Below are positions 25,500 through 38,582 of a DNA stretch of 64,000 bases, piece by piece. Every line of letters begins with the position of its first letter. The first letter of the stretch is position 1. The stretch comes from Mustelus asterias. Its lineage: Eukaryota. The stretch spans positions 59,582,001 to 59,646,000 of the forward strand of contig NC_135804.1 of NCBI RefSeq assembly GCF_964213995.1. The letters run 5' to 3'. The notes under the pieces are model-generated. The model saw only the letters and a list, made by a program, of their open reading frames with translations, ran no database searches and was not told where the DNA came from. Both the position numbers and the translations under genes were made by a program.

Positions 25500-25905
25500 A
25501 TTTAATTTTTGCTGGACAGTTGTGCTGTTTTTTTGATTTTGATATTCTTTCCATTTGGGTCCGTTTTCGTGCGGGCGGTGAGAGACAAGGGCCAGCACCT
25601 GGATCTAACCAAGCTATCGATTATCAAATTCAGGCAGCGTGCGGTCGAGGGGTCCTCTGTCCCGACAGTCTGCTCCTGTATCGTGGCTATTTTCGCGGTC
25701 AGATGTCCCTGAAAATGGAGCACACCGTGCCCACCGGCAGCACTGAGGCCTTCTGCACTCAATGGGCACCGGGGGACTGAGGTGTTTTACCGATCCCTTT
25801 AATCACATTATCTTTTCTTTGATATCTATTTACGTTGATGCAATACCCCTCTGACGGGTTGCCTTTTAATTGAGCTCTGAACTTGTTTATTTGATGAATG
25901 CAAAA
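25500..25905 (+). mobile_element. Tx1 (L1-group) LINE ORF2 C-terminal fragment
   Basis: Frameshifted LTKLSIIKFRQRAVEG / PDSLLLYRGYFRGQMSLKMEHTVPTGSTEAFCTQWAP resembles the Tx1 ORF2 C-terminus. Confidence 0.65.
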
Positions 25906-26379
25906 GTAACACGCAACATTGCTGTTGGTGTCTTTAAGCTTCCTTTTCATTTGGAGGCAAATGTGGGTTCCTTCCTGCCATCATTTATTACCTTTGCCTT
26001 GCCGCCGTTCTCAGAGTCAGAAAGTCTTAAATTTTCGTCTAATTACATTTTCATTGGTGTTTACTTTGTGTAAATATTTAACAACGGAAAGGTTTGTGTT
26101 CTGATTGGTTGTTACATTTTCATTTCAAATTTGGAGTACATGATTGCTGCAACATTGATCTTCCCGTTGCGGTGGGGGAGTGATCAAATGTCTTCATTAA
26201 ACTCCGGGTCAAGTTTTACAGGGTGAACTGATAACGGTACCATAATGAGAGGTTGTAGTCGGTACTATGTGGATTACCGTCATCCTTCAGAGCTGTCATC
26301 AAAGCAAAAGCCTACCGTCTTTGTACACACAGCGCACAAAGGAGTATCAGTAAAATTTAAATTAATGATTTTAGATTAG

Positions 26380-27590
26380 TTCTTCACTGGCGTATTCCTA
26401 TCAATGATTTTAATTGCAGGCAGGGGGTCAATCGCCCCAGCCACTGGGCAAAGCTGCGGGAATTCGTCAGGCTCGATGACCAGCCATCTTGAACATTTTA
26501 TCTGTTTATCAATGACCTTCACCTCATTGTAAAGTTAGAAATAATAATGTTCGCTTATGCTTATTAAATACTAATTTTTCTTCGCAGTTCCTCATATAAT
26601 GCAAGTCCTATGGACGTATGCAGCAAGGCCTCGAAAACTTCCGTATATTCACACCGCACAGATGCCAGGCAATGACAATCTCTCACATGAAAATGGACAA
26701 CTCGCTCGTTCTGATATTTATTGGGACTTCCATCATTAAGCCCCCACCATTAAATTCGCGAGATCATATGGGATTGTAGTTCCTATTACTCAGAAATTAA
26801 TTTAATTAGACCTCTCATATAAATGCAATCGCTACAGCAACATGCCAGAGGTTAGTAAATCAGCAATGGGTAACTCGCCTCCCCAGGATCTGTTCCACCG
26901 TAAACAATACCAATTGGCACATGGTGGAATGAAATCATAGAAACCCTACAGCACAGAAAGAGGCCATTCGGCCCATCGAGACTGCACCAACCACAATCCC
27001 ACCCAGGCCCTACCCCCATCTCCCGACATATTTACCCACTAATCCCTCTAACCTACGCATCTCAGGACACTAAGGGCAATTTTAGCAGAGCCAATCAACC
27101 TAACCCGCACATCTTTGGACTGTGGGAGGAATCCGGAGCACCCGGAGGAAACCCACACAGACACGAGGAGAATGTGCAAACTCCACACAGACAGTGACCC
27201 AAGCCGGGAATCGGACCCAGGGTCCCTGGAGCTGTGAAGCAGCAGTGCTAACCACTGTGCTACCGTCCCGCTCAGAATGCTCTGAGCGCGTTGTCAATTG
27301 TATCGCCAACAATATATAGGAAGGTTGTAAGCAACCAGGACCAAGCAGGCAGCTAATTTATATGGCTGCAGTGTGTACCATCTAAAAGCAATTACATTTC
27401 ATTACAACAAATTGCCAAGACTGATTCGACTTAAAAGGGCAAGGAACACAGATGTGTGGGAAAAACATCGCCTCTAATTTCCATTGCAAATCACACATCA
27501 CCTTGAGAACTATCACCCTTCCTTTATTGATAATGATTCAAAATTTTGGAAGTTGGTTCCTGCCAATGCCAAACGAACAACCCCCTTGCC
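26380..27590 (+). mobile_element. Decayed CR1/L2-group LINE interrupted by an HE1 SINE
   Basis: RT-like remnant (caatgacctt...atgttcgct); similar to the 1310-3245 family. Confidence 0.55.
26933..27268 (-). mobile_element. HE1/V-SINE, well preserved, CR1-type tail
   Basis: Near-canonical head and V-domain; ggccattcggccc hairpin tail. Confidence 0.9.
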
Positions 27591-27599
27591 CCCACGCCC

Positions 27600-27957
27600 C
27601 ACGGCGCCCCAGTGACCTCCAGTTCCATCAGCGTGAACCTCACATCTGGGGACCAGCTGTGATTCTCGCTGGAGAGAAGCACTCCCGGCGAGACCACAGA
27701 GGCAACTGAGCCCCGACGATAACGTCCGGGCTCGTTAATTCAATGCAACATGCATTTACATTTAATTTAAATGATTTATTCACCCTTGCAGCGGAAATGG
27801 GCAAGAGCATGACCTCGCCGGATATCCGGTGCCGGTATAATTGCAAGTGATATCGGCGAGATATCGGGCGCAAACCTGATTTCCTGGCTCTCTCGCAATC
27901 TTCCCCGTTCGCTCCGCCCACCGGCTTGTGGGGCACAACGGTATGATCGCCCCCCAA
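27600..27957. mobile_element. Harbinger-type MITE fragment
   Basis: GC-rich with central atgcatttacatttaattt and gatcgccc terminus; resembles 31470-31760. Confidence 0.45.
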
Positions 27958-30900
27958 GTGTCAGATCAAGCGAAAGATAAGGTTCAGTGCTTCATCTTGG
28001 ACCTATGAATTGGATTCAGTCGGATTCTCATTTGGTTTTTGGAGCAAGCAAGGAATGGATTTTGGTCTGTCTGGTCTTCTCTGAGCATTGACTTTGCAAC
28101 ATTAAGAATGTAGTAACAACACAGAATTAAAAAGAACGAATGAATTAGCTTAAATGTTACCAACTGAAATATTTAAATATGGCAAGATGCAATTCTTAAC
28201 GGCTAACATAAGTCTATTAGTTCCAATTTAAAAAGGATTCCTCACAGACTTAAACTCCTCTTTAAAATCAGATGGCAGTATTGCAGGCTTAGGAGCTGGT
28301 TGGTTGGCTGCCCAGCCTCAAAGCTTTGAAGACTTCTGCAGATTGAGAGACAGAATTACACCTGCCTTCTGACACTCAAGCAGCAGCCTCCAGAGAGAAA
28401 CAGAGAGTTCTCTTGCTTCTTTCAAAGCCAAGCCCACCTGATTTTTTCAGTCCATAGCTGAACTTTAACTATACCCAACCCAAGGAAGATGAGGTAAATC
28501 AATTTCTTAAAGGTACAGTATCATCACACATTCCTTTATAAAATGAATCAACAATGTGAAAAGATGGCTTCTTTTTCAAAACATCTAGTTTCATACGATA
28601 AGTTCTCTACAATATATATATATTTTATTAAATCGAACCATGCCACCATAACAGTGGTATAATCCAGTTCAGTTCATCTTTCCCAACATTGACATTCCTT
28701 CTCCATTCATCGAAGTCATGATAAAGCATCAGCAATAGCAGTCTCTCTTCCTGACACACGCGTAATTTTCAAATTAAGTGGCTCAAATAATAAATTCCAT
28801 GTACAAAGTCTTGCATTCTTATCTTTAAATTTCTCCAGAAACGCTGATGAATTGATGGCAATATAAATGTTAATATGTTGCCATGCCAATGCCAAGTTCA
28901 AAGTCTCTTTCTCAGTGTTAAAATATCTCTTTAGAGGATTATTTAGCTTTCTGGAAAAACACCCAATAGGCCTTTCCATCCTTTCATCGTCTTCTTGCAA
29001 TAGTACAGTACCAGTGCCCACATTACCCCCATCAATAGCCACCTCAAAGGGATTTACATAATTCAGTGTTGTCAATACAGGTGCAGTTGTGATCACAACT
29101 TTCAGTGTGTCAAATGCCTACTGACGCTCAGCCATCCACAGAAAATTTCAGGGTTTTTTGAAAGCTTTTCAATGCAACCACAATGCTAAAACTTGGCACA
29201 CATTTCCTATAGTAATCACTTACACCCCCCAGGAATTACAGTAGTTCCCTTTTCATCGACAGTTTTGAGAACTCCCCCATAACCTTTGCTCTTACGTTCT
29301 GTGGGGCCATCTATCTATCCATCCGATTTTCTGTCCGAGGAACATGAGTTAGGCTTTTGCAAATGCAATCTGAGCCAAGTTTGCCACCAAGTCCACTTCT
29401 TGAAGTTGATCAAACAATTCCTTTAGATGTTCCAAGAGTTCCTTCCAAGCCTGAATGAAAACGACCAGATCATCTATGTATACTGTACAATCTGTGAGTC
29501 CAGAAATGACCTTATTGGATAATCTTTGGAATTATGCTGATGCATCCTCCATTCCAAAATGGCATGACTTTACACTAGTATAGACGACTTGCTGTCATGT
29601 GAGCTGAAATCTCCTTCACTCTTCTGGATAATGATACTTACCAGTATGCTTAAGTAAGTCAAGTCTAGGGATGTCATTAACTTGTCCCACCTTCATAGTG
29701 CAGTCTTGCAATCGAGGAATGGGATACAAATGTAACTTCATATCTGCATGATGTTTCAAAAGTCCACACACAAGCGTTGGGTACCATCTAATTTTGGCAT
29801 CATCACGATGGGTGAGCTCCACTCCCTACAACGCACAACGCAATATAGGAAATGCTGTTCCAATTAAGCAACATCTGTCTAGACTTAATACACTAAATTG
29901 GCATACGTTTAAAAGCAGATTGAAAGGATGCTTAAAAATGATACCATTGCCTACATCTATCCCATGCACAATTCCTTTAGTAGTTCTTTGTTTATTCCCA
30001 CATCTATCACCATCTAATTGTCATAACACTTTGAGATCATTTTGATCTTTCTCGGGAACATGCCTTCATAGTATTTTTTATATATTTTGAATGCTCCCTT
30101 ATTGTTCAATCTACTTTGAGGAAGGCAGAATTCAGAATCACCTGGGATGGTTTCTTCACCCTAAGCTATATCGGATATTGCATCCTCCTTCTTCTTACCT
30201 CTCCTCTCAACATGCCATTTGAGCATATTCACATGCCACACTCTGTGACTCTTCCTTCTATCTGGTGTTCAAATCAAATAATTCGCCTGACTCAATTTTC
30301 TCTGCAGTTGATAACGCCCACGAAACCTTACTTCTAATGGCTAACCTACCACTGGTAATAATATTAGTACTTTGTCCCCCATGAACAATATTACGAATTT
30401 TTGATTTCTTTTCGGTTTCCTATTTCATGCTGTGCCACTTTAAAATGCTGTCTAGCCAAATCACCAACACTTGTGAATTTTTTCCTGACGTTTGACACGT
30501 ACTCCAAAAATATGGTCTCAAAACGCCGACTCATCAATTTCCCCTTTATCAATTTAAATGGTTCTCTTACCTGATGACCAAAAGTTAAATTAAAACAACT
30601 GAACTTAGTTGATTCATAAGATTTATCCCGAATTGCACAAATGATAATTGTAATTCCTTGATGCCAATCTTCTGGATAGGCCTGACTCAAGGCACTCAAC
30701 ATGGTCTTTAAGCTTGAATACCATTGTTCCAAAGCTCCCTGTGATTCTGGATGGGACAGAATTGATTTAAACTGCTTTACTCCTGAGTTATGCATCGCAC
30801 TCTGAATATCTTCGACACAAAATTTGACCATTGATCTGATTAAGTTTTTCTGGGTAGTCTATGTCTGGTAAAAAAAACAATTAACTCTCCTACAGTCCTT

Positions 30901-31469
30901 TTAGCTGTAATACTACGTAATGGAATGGCCTCTCGAAATCTAGTAGGCACATCCATTATGGTCAAGAAATATTAATTCCCAAATTTTCTTTTCGGTGGGA
31001 GGGAGTCCCACGCCATCAATTAGGATCCTCATAAAGGTTCCACAAATGTCAGAATGGGCGTCGATTAACCCTTAAGGTTTTTCTATTACCTGATATGTGT
31101 GACATCTATGCAAAATTCAGCTAAGCCAATAAAAACGTTTCTGTGGTTTTGTTTGAGTATTTCTCACTCCTTAACGATCTCCTACTGGTACCTCTTGTGC
31201 TATCTGCAACAACTCCTGTCTCTAACTTACTGGTAATACAACTTAATAAACAGTAGTCATCTGCCTGAACATGTAAAGCTCTCCACTTCCTCATCAACAT
31301 TTAATTTTTAATGTAACAACACTCTAATATTCACTCAGATTTTTCCCATGTATATGCGTTCTCATACAGCTCCCTTACCTCTACATCTTTCCATTGCAAT
31401 TCCTCCAACATCCCTGACCTAAAGATATCTAATTCGCCCTCCGTACGTACTTGTTTTTTTATGGTCGAG

Positions 31470-32287
31470 CATTGGCCTCGATTCTCCCATCGCCACCCGC
31501 AACTTTTCTGTCGGGCGTCGAGATGCGCGTCGCCGGCCTTGAACAGGGATGTGCGCATGTGCTGGGAACGCATGCTCATCCCCCAGAGCCGGCGAGCAGT
31601 CGCTGGTCAGACCACGCTGGAAGCCGGCGGGAAAGCAAGTAAGTAATTTAAATATATATGAAATATCTTTTAAATATGTTTATTAGTTCGTTATCAGGAC
31701 CGTTCAGGTCCCGATCGAATCTCCCACCCTGCCAGGAGTACTTCATGCCGGCGGGGTTCAGACTAGGTCCCCACGTTCGGGGAACGCACGGGAGACCGCG
31801 CTGGAATGCAAGCAAACTCGGGACCCGGGGGGGGGGGGGGGGGGAGGTGCCCCTGGACATGGGCACCCTGACAATGCCAGCCTGTGCCCCCGGCACTGCC
31901 CAAGGGACAAAATGCCCATGCCCGGGGGCACCTTGGCACTGCCCATCGGGCATTGGGCAGTGCCAAGGGAGAGGGGCATATTGTGGGCGGGGCCTAGGGG
32001 CGATCGGTGGGGTGGGGGGGGTCCCCCTGCTACTCTGCAGACAGGATCGGTCTGGGATGAAGGGAGGGCAGCGTTTGCGGCAAGCTGGGGGGCGTGTTCT
32101 GCGCGGGGGGGGGGGGGAGTGGGGGAGGGGGTTGTCTCCGGTGGGGGGCCTGACCCCGGAGGGGGTCGGGGGTGTCTTCCCGGGTGAGAAGGGTAGGGGG
32201 ATCGCCACTGCTGGGAGGGTTGCGCATCGGGGCGCTCGGGGGGCGGGGGGTGGGGGGGGGGCGATGGGGACGGTCCGGGCTGGCCTC
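31470..32287. mobile_element. GC/G-rich non-autonomous Harbinger-type insertion in the Gypsy pol
   Basis: Abrupt GC-rich block with G-runs inside AT-rich pol; Gypsy frame ITRSQSHILRP abuts its right edge. Confidence 0.6.
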
Positions 32288-32615
32288 AAAATGTGACTTT
32301 GTGACCTTGTTATCACACGGTTGGGAAACATCCCATCATATCATTCATGCAACAGCTCAGTTGTTTAATTTTCCACTGGCTTTTCAAGTACAGTAGGCGC
32401 TGCTGTCCTCCAGCTACATCGTTAGGCAGGATAAAATGTATTCCTGAAAAAGATAATTTCTTTGTCACTCATATCAGCACTTCAGCCTTTTTCACCGGGC
32501 TTTCCAGCCTTAACTTAAATAATGGAACACAGCTCTTTTCACAATGAATTCCATATATAAGCAACTTTCCCGGCAATACTCCTTCTCAACTACATCTCTG
32601 CTCATCACTCACCAT

Positions 32616-35600
32616 TAGAACATAACATAGCACAGTACAGCACAGAACAGGCCCTTCGGCCCACGATGTTGTGCCGAGCTTTATCTGAAACCAAGATCAA
32701 GCTATCCCACTCCCGATCATCCTGGTGTGCTCCATGTGCCTATCCAATAACCGCTTAAATGTTCCTAAAGTGTCTGACTCCACGATCACTGCAGGCAGTC
32801 CATTCCATACCCCAACCACTCTCTGCGTAAAGAACCTACCTTTGATATCCTTCCTATATCTCCCACCATGAACCGTATAGTTATGCCCCCTTATAATAGC
32901 TCCATCCACCCGAGGAAATAGTCTTTGAACGTTCACTCTATCTATCCCCTTCATCATTTTCTAAACCTCTATTAAGTCTCCCCTCAGTCTCTTCCGCTCC
33001 AGAGAGAACAGCCCTAGCTCCCTCAACCTTTCCTCATAAGACCTACCCTCCAAAGCAGGCAGCATCCTGGTAAATCTCCTTTGCACTCTTCCCAGCGATT
33101 CCACATCCTTCTTATAGTGAGGTGACCAGAACTGCACACAATAGTCCAAATGTGGTCTCAACAAGGTCCTGTACAGTTGCAGCATAACCCCATGGCTCTT
33201 AAATTCCAACCCCCTGTTAATACAAGCTATCACACTATAGGCCTTCTTCACAGCTCTATCCACTTGAGTGGCAACCTTTAGAGATCTGTGGATATGGACC
33301 CCAAGATCTCTCTGTTCCTCCACAGTCTTCAGAACCCTACCTTTGACCCTGTAATCCACATTTAAATCAGTCCTACCAAAATGAATCACCTCACATTTAT
33401 CAGGGCTAAACTCCATTTGCCATTTTTCAGCCCAGCTTTGCATCCTATCTATGTCTCTTTGCAGCCTACAACAGCCCTCCACCGCATCCACTACTCCACC
33501 AATCTTGGTGTCATCAGCAAATTTACTGATCCACCCTTCAGCCCCCTCCTCTAAGTCATTAATAAAAATCACAAAGAGGAGAGGACCAAGTAGTGATCCT
33601 TGTGGCACTCCGCTAGCAACCTGCCTCCAGTTCGAAAATATTCCATCCACCACCACCCTCTGTCTTCGATCATATAGCCAGTTACCTATCCAATCGGCCA
33701 ACTAACCCTCTATCCCACACCTCCTTACTTTCATCATAAGCCGACCATGGGGGACCTTATCAAACACCTTACTAAAATCCATGTATATGACATCAACTGC
33801 CCTACCTTCATCAACAAACTGAGTTACCTCCGCAAAAAATTCAATCAAATTTGTGAGGCACGACTTGCCCTTCACGAATCCGTGCTGACTATCCCGGATT
33901 AATCCGCAACTTTCTAAATGGTCGTAAATCCCATCCCTAAGGACCTTTTCCATCAATTTACCTACCACCGAAGTAAGACTAACCGGTCTATAATTACCAG
34001 GGTCATTTCTATTCCCTTTCTTAAACAGAGGAACAACATTCGCCACTCTCCAGTCCTCTGGAACCATCCCCGTGGACAGTGAGGACCCAAAGATCAAAGC
34101 CAAAGGCTCTGCAATCTTATCCCCTGCCTCCCAAAGAATCCTAGGATACATTTAATCAGGCCCAGGGGACTTATCGACCTTCAGTTGATTCAAAACTGCC
34201 AGTACATCCTCCCTCCGAACATCTATTTCCTCCAGCCTATTAGCCTGTAACACCTTCGCTTCCTCAAAAACATGGCCCCTCTCCTTGGTGAATACTGAAG
34301 AAAAGCATTCATTCATCACCTCGCCTGTATCTACTGACTCCATACACAAGTTCCCACTGCTGTCCTTGACCGGCCCTAACCTCACCCTGGTCATTATTTT
34401 ATTCCTCACATAAGAGTAAGAAGCCTTGGGGTTTTCCTTGATCCGACCCACCAAGGACTTCTCATGTCCCCTCCTCGCTCTCCTAAGCCCCTTTTTCAGC
34501 TCATTCCTTGCCAACTTGTAACCCTCAATCGAGCCATTTGAACCTTGTTTCCTCATCCCGACATAAGCTTCCCTCTTCTTTTTCACAAGACATTCCACCT
34601 CTTTCGTGAACCATGGTTCCCTCACTCGGCCATTTCCTCCCTACCTGACAGGGACATACCGATCAAGGACACCCAGTATTTGTTCCTTGAAAACGTTCCA
34701 CTTTTCATTAGTGCCTTTCCCTGACAGTTTCTGTTCCCATCTTATGCCCCCTAATTCTTGCCTAATCGCATCATAATGACCTCTCCCCCAATTGTAAACC
34801 TTGCCCTGCTGTACGGCCCTATCCCTCTCCATTGCAATAACAACAGACACCGAATTGTGGTCACTATCTCCAAAGTGCTCTCCCACAACCAAATCTAACA
34901 CTTGGCCCGGTTCATTTCCCAGTACCAAATCCAATGTGGCCTCACCTCTTGTCGGCCTATCCACATATTGTGTCAGGAAACCCTCCTGCACACACTGTAC
35001 AAAAACTGCCCCATCCGAACTATTTGACCTACAAAGGTTCCAATCAATATTTGGAAAGTTAAAGTCCCCGACGACAAATACCCTGTGACCTCCACACATA
35101 TCCATAATCTGCTTAGCAATTTCTTCCTCCACATCTCTTACTATTTGGGGGCCTATAGTAAACTCCTAACAACGTGACCGCTCCTTTCCTATTTCTAACG
35201 TCAGCCCATATTACCTCAGTGTGCAGATCCCCCTCGAAGTGCCTTTCCGCAGCCATTAAACTATCCTTGATTAACAATGCCACTCCTCCATCTCTTTTAC
35301 CAGCATCCCGACATTTACTGAAAGATCTATACCCTGGAACGTCCAACAACCATTACTGTCCTTGTTCTACCCACGTCTCCGTAATGGCCACAACATCGTA
35401 GTCCCAAGTACCAATCCACGCCCCAAGTTCATCTACCTTGTTTTGGAAGCTCCTTGCATTGAAGTAGACACGCTTCAACCCACCTTCCTGTCTAAAAGTA
35501 CCCACCCTTGACCCTGATACCTTCCCCAATACCTCACCACCCTCACTGACTTCTGGACGACAACTCCTTTTCCCACTCCCCTGACAAATTAGTTTAAACC

Positions 35601-36035
35601 CCCCTGAAGAGCCGTATCAAATTTCCCTCCCAGGATATTGGTGCCCTTCTGGTTCAGGTGCACCCCGTCCTGTTTGTACAGGTCCCACCTTCCCCAGAAC
35701 GTGTTCCAATTGTCCACGAATCTGAAACCCTCCCTCCTACACCATCCGTGCAACCACATGTTTAACTGCACTCTCTCCCTGTTCCTCAACTCGCTATCAC
35801 GTGGCACCGGCAACGTACCAGAGATGACCACATGTTTTGTCTTGGCTCTCAGCTTCCAACCCACCTCCCGAAATTCCTGTTTTAAATCCCCGTCCCTTCT
35901 CTTACCTATGTCGTTGGTACCAATGTGTACCACGACTTGTGACTGTTTCCCCTCCCCCTTAAGAATCCGGAAAACACAGTCTGAGACGTCACGGACCTTG
36001 GCATCCGGTAGGCAACATACCATCCGTGAGTCTCT
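32616..36035 (-). mobile_element. Young CR1 LINE: SGNH-esterase ORF1 (5' truncated) plus nearly intact APE-RT ORF2
   Basis: ORF1 35589-36023 VVVHIGTNDIG...DGVHLN; ORF2 pieces 32697-35349 with GDFNFP, SDHN, YMDFSKVFDKV, KFADD; few stops. Confidence 0.95.
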
Positions 36036-37544
36036 TAAAGATTAAAGATTAACTTGTCCCCGTATCTCTTAAAACCTTAACTCATTTCCATGCTTCTTGT
36101 TGTACAGATGAGTAAGTCTTGTACACTCAAGTAAATTATTCAACGAGACCTGGTACTCGCTTGTCAACCTACCCCTGAGCATGCTTTACATCCTTTTTCA
36201 CCTGTTTATCTTTAACCATGCTTTCCTTTCCCGCTTTAACAAAACGCACTGGCTTATCCTCCATCTTTTTACTAAAATTGCTATTCAAACTCTCATTTCC
36301 TTCCCACATCTGTTTTCCCAAAGCTGTTCTTAAGGCACCAACACTGTCATTTTGTGTGTCCAAATTTATTACGAGACATCTGAGGCTTTTCATTTCTCTT
36401 CCGTCCTCATATGTTTCTTTTATCATCTGAGGTAAGCTATCTTTACTATCGCCAACAAGATCTCCTTTGCCTTCCCCATCTGAGAATTTCTCTTTTTGCC
36501 AGTTCTTATCCCACGCAGACTAAAATTTATGTCAAAAAATAAACATTCATTCACGAAACAATGGAAAATCATCTGCCATTTTTGCTTCTACTCTTGCAGC
36601 TTTATACATTTTGATTTCTAACATTTCAAGTTCAAATTTTCATTCCACTTGCTGATGTCCTAATACTCTCTGTTCTATTTCTTCTTGCAGTGCTACTCCG
36701 TGTTTTTCATTTTTGTTCTGCCAGGGCTATTCGGTCCTTTTCCTTGGGTTCCATCACTCTATTTTCTCCCCTGGAATTGCCACTCTCTCTCTCTATCTTT
36801 TTATTAAAATTGCTATTCAAATTGTCTCATTTCCTTCCCATGTTGTAACCGTCTCAGTTCTTAGTCCTGTTCAAGCTGTTTCATTATAACTGAATTTTAG
36901 CCATTTCCAATGAATTAGACTGTGTTGCTGGCACATGCAAATGTTGAGCTGTCACTAAAATTATCTCTGCGTTCCCCACCATTTCACATATAGTCAATCC
37001 CATCTGCACTGCCAATTCCAAAAGCTTTGTTCAACACTTTTGGCAAACCACTCCGAGTGACCTCTTCCACACCCAGGAAAACTTCAGCCCTTGAAAGAGT
37101 TATTATTCCACAAAGCACTCCCTATTTGTACTAACTGTATGCATCATCTAAAAAAAAACCACCACTACTTAACGCCCACTGTCCTCGTGTTTAATACTCC
37201 TTAGAAAAACAAAGAATTATTATTTTTAATCTCAACCAAGCCCCCAATTTTGTTAGGGACCAGAGCAGAACCCCCAAGGTATATTTTGAAGTTAGACTAG
37301 ACCACAACTATTTTTATTTTCGTATTAGTGTGAGGATAGGTTGCTCAACTTCAGGTGTGATTCTATTGAGACACTCGGAAGATTTAACAAAAACACACTT
37401 TATTTTAACAATACAGTCTAAATATGATGAATGAATTAGCTTTCAAACCTTTGAATGCTTCTGGAGATAGAAAGATAGAAAGACAGCTGTCTTCTGATAC
37501 TCAAACAGCAGCCTCCATAGAGAGAGGGACCTCTTTATAGTTAT

Positions 37545-37890
37545 TCTTTGTTCATTCGTGTGACATGGGTACCACTGGTTTGCCAGCGTTTATTGCCTTT
37601 GTTCAGAGGGCAGTTGAGAGTCAATAACATTGCTGTCGGTCTGGAGTCACATGGAGACCAGACCAGGTAAGGATGGCAGATTTCCTTCCCTAAAGGAGTT
37701 TAGTGAAGCAGATTGTTTTTTACCAACAATCGACAATGGTTTCACGGTCATCAATAGATTCTTAATTCCAGCTCTTTCTTATTAAATTAAAATTCCGCCT
37801 GCTGTGTTGGGATTCAAACTCGGACTCCAGAATTTTAACTGCGTTTCTGGATTAATATTTTACCGGCAGTATCACTAAGCAATCGCTTCC
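37545..37890 (-). mobile_element. DeuSINE inserted in the 5' LTR
   Basis: ggtaaggatggcagatttccttccctaaagg...acaatcgacaatggtttc. Confidence 0.8.
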
Positions 37891-38259
37891 TTCTTTCAAA
37901 TCCACGAAGAAACCAGCTGTTTTTCTCTGTGAACTCAGCTCCTCCTCTTCACATGTCTTTACCTCTGTCAATCAACCTAATCAATCCCTACTCTGAAGCC
38001 CAGGGGAAGAAAAACATAAACAAAAAATAATTAGCTCGGATAAAAGCAAACGCCCCATTATGTAGGATCAATTATTCTCCTCCATTCTCAGCATGGACCT
38101 GCTTGGTATGATGACAGATCAGCACTCGGTAATTCGGAGTTGGATTTTAAGCATACCCTTCACAAGAAGAATGATATAAATAGCTTTTTTAAAGGGACAG
38201 TATGATCACAGCTTTGAGCTCCAGTCCGTTCCCTAGAAAAACACGTCAGCATGATCAGA

Positions 38260-38582
38260 AATCATAGAATCACTACGGTGCAGAAGGAGGTCATTCAGCC
38301 CATCAAGTCTGCACTGCCAATAATCTCACCCAGGCCCTATTATCGCAAACCCCCATATTTACCCTGCTACCTCGCCGACACGAGGGTCAGTTTAGCATGG
38401 CGAATCCACCTAACCTGCACATCTTTGGACTGTGGGAGGAAACCGTAACACCTGGAGGAAAACCACGCAGACGCAGGAAGAATGTGCAAACTCCACGCAG
38501 GCAGTGACCGGAGGCCAGAATTGAACATGGGACCCTGGTGCTGCAAGGCAGCAGATCTAACCAGTGTGCCACCATGCCGCCC
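38260..38582 (-). mobile_element. HE1/V-SINE
   Basis: Homologous to 26933-27268. Confidence 0.85.

Larger units (their letters stand above)
28110..38210 (-). mobile_element. Gmr1-like Gypsy LTR retrotransposon (gag-PR-INT-RT-RNaseH), decayed, with nested insertions
   Basis: 5' LTR ~37251-38210, tRNA-Pro-type PBS tgggggct (~37239-37246), gag ~36050-37100, INT ~30200-31450 (HPESQGALE), RT YIDDL ~29470, RNase H 28716-29096, 3' LTR ~28110-28528. Confidence 0.85.

Noticed and set aside
31648-32331. Long Pro/Gly-rich ORFs on both strands (also at 20.6-21.4 kb)
   Set aside because: By-product of G/C runs in Harbinger-type elements
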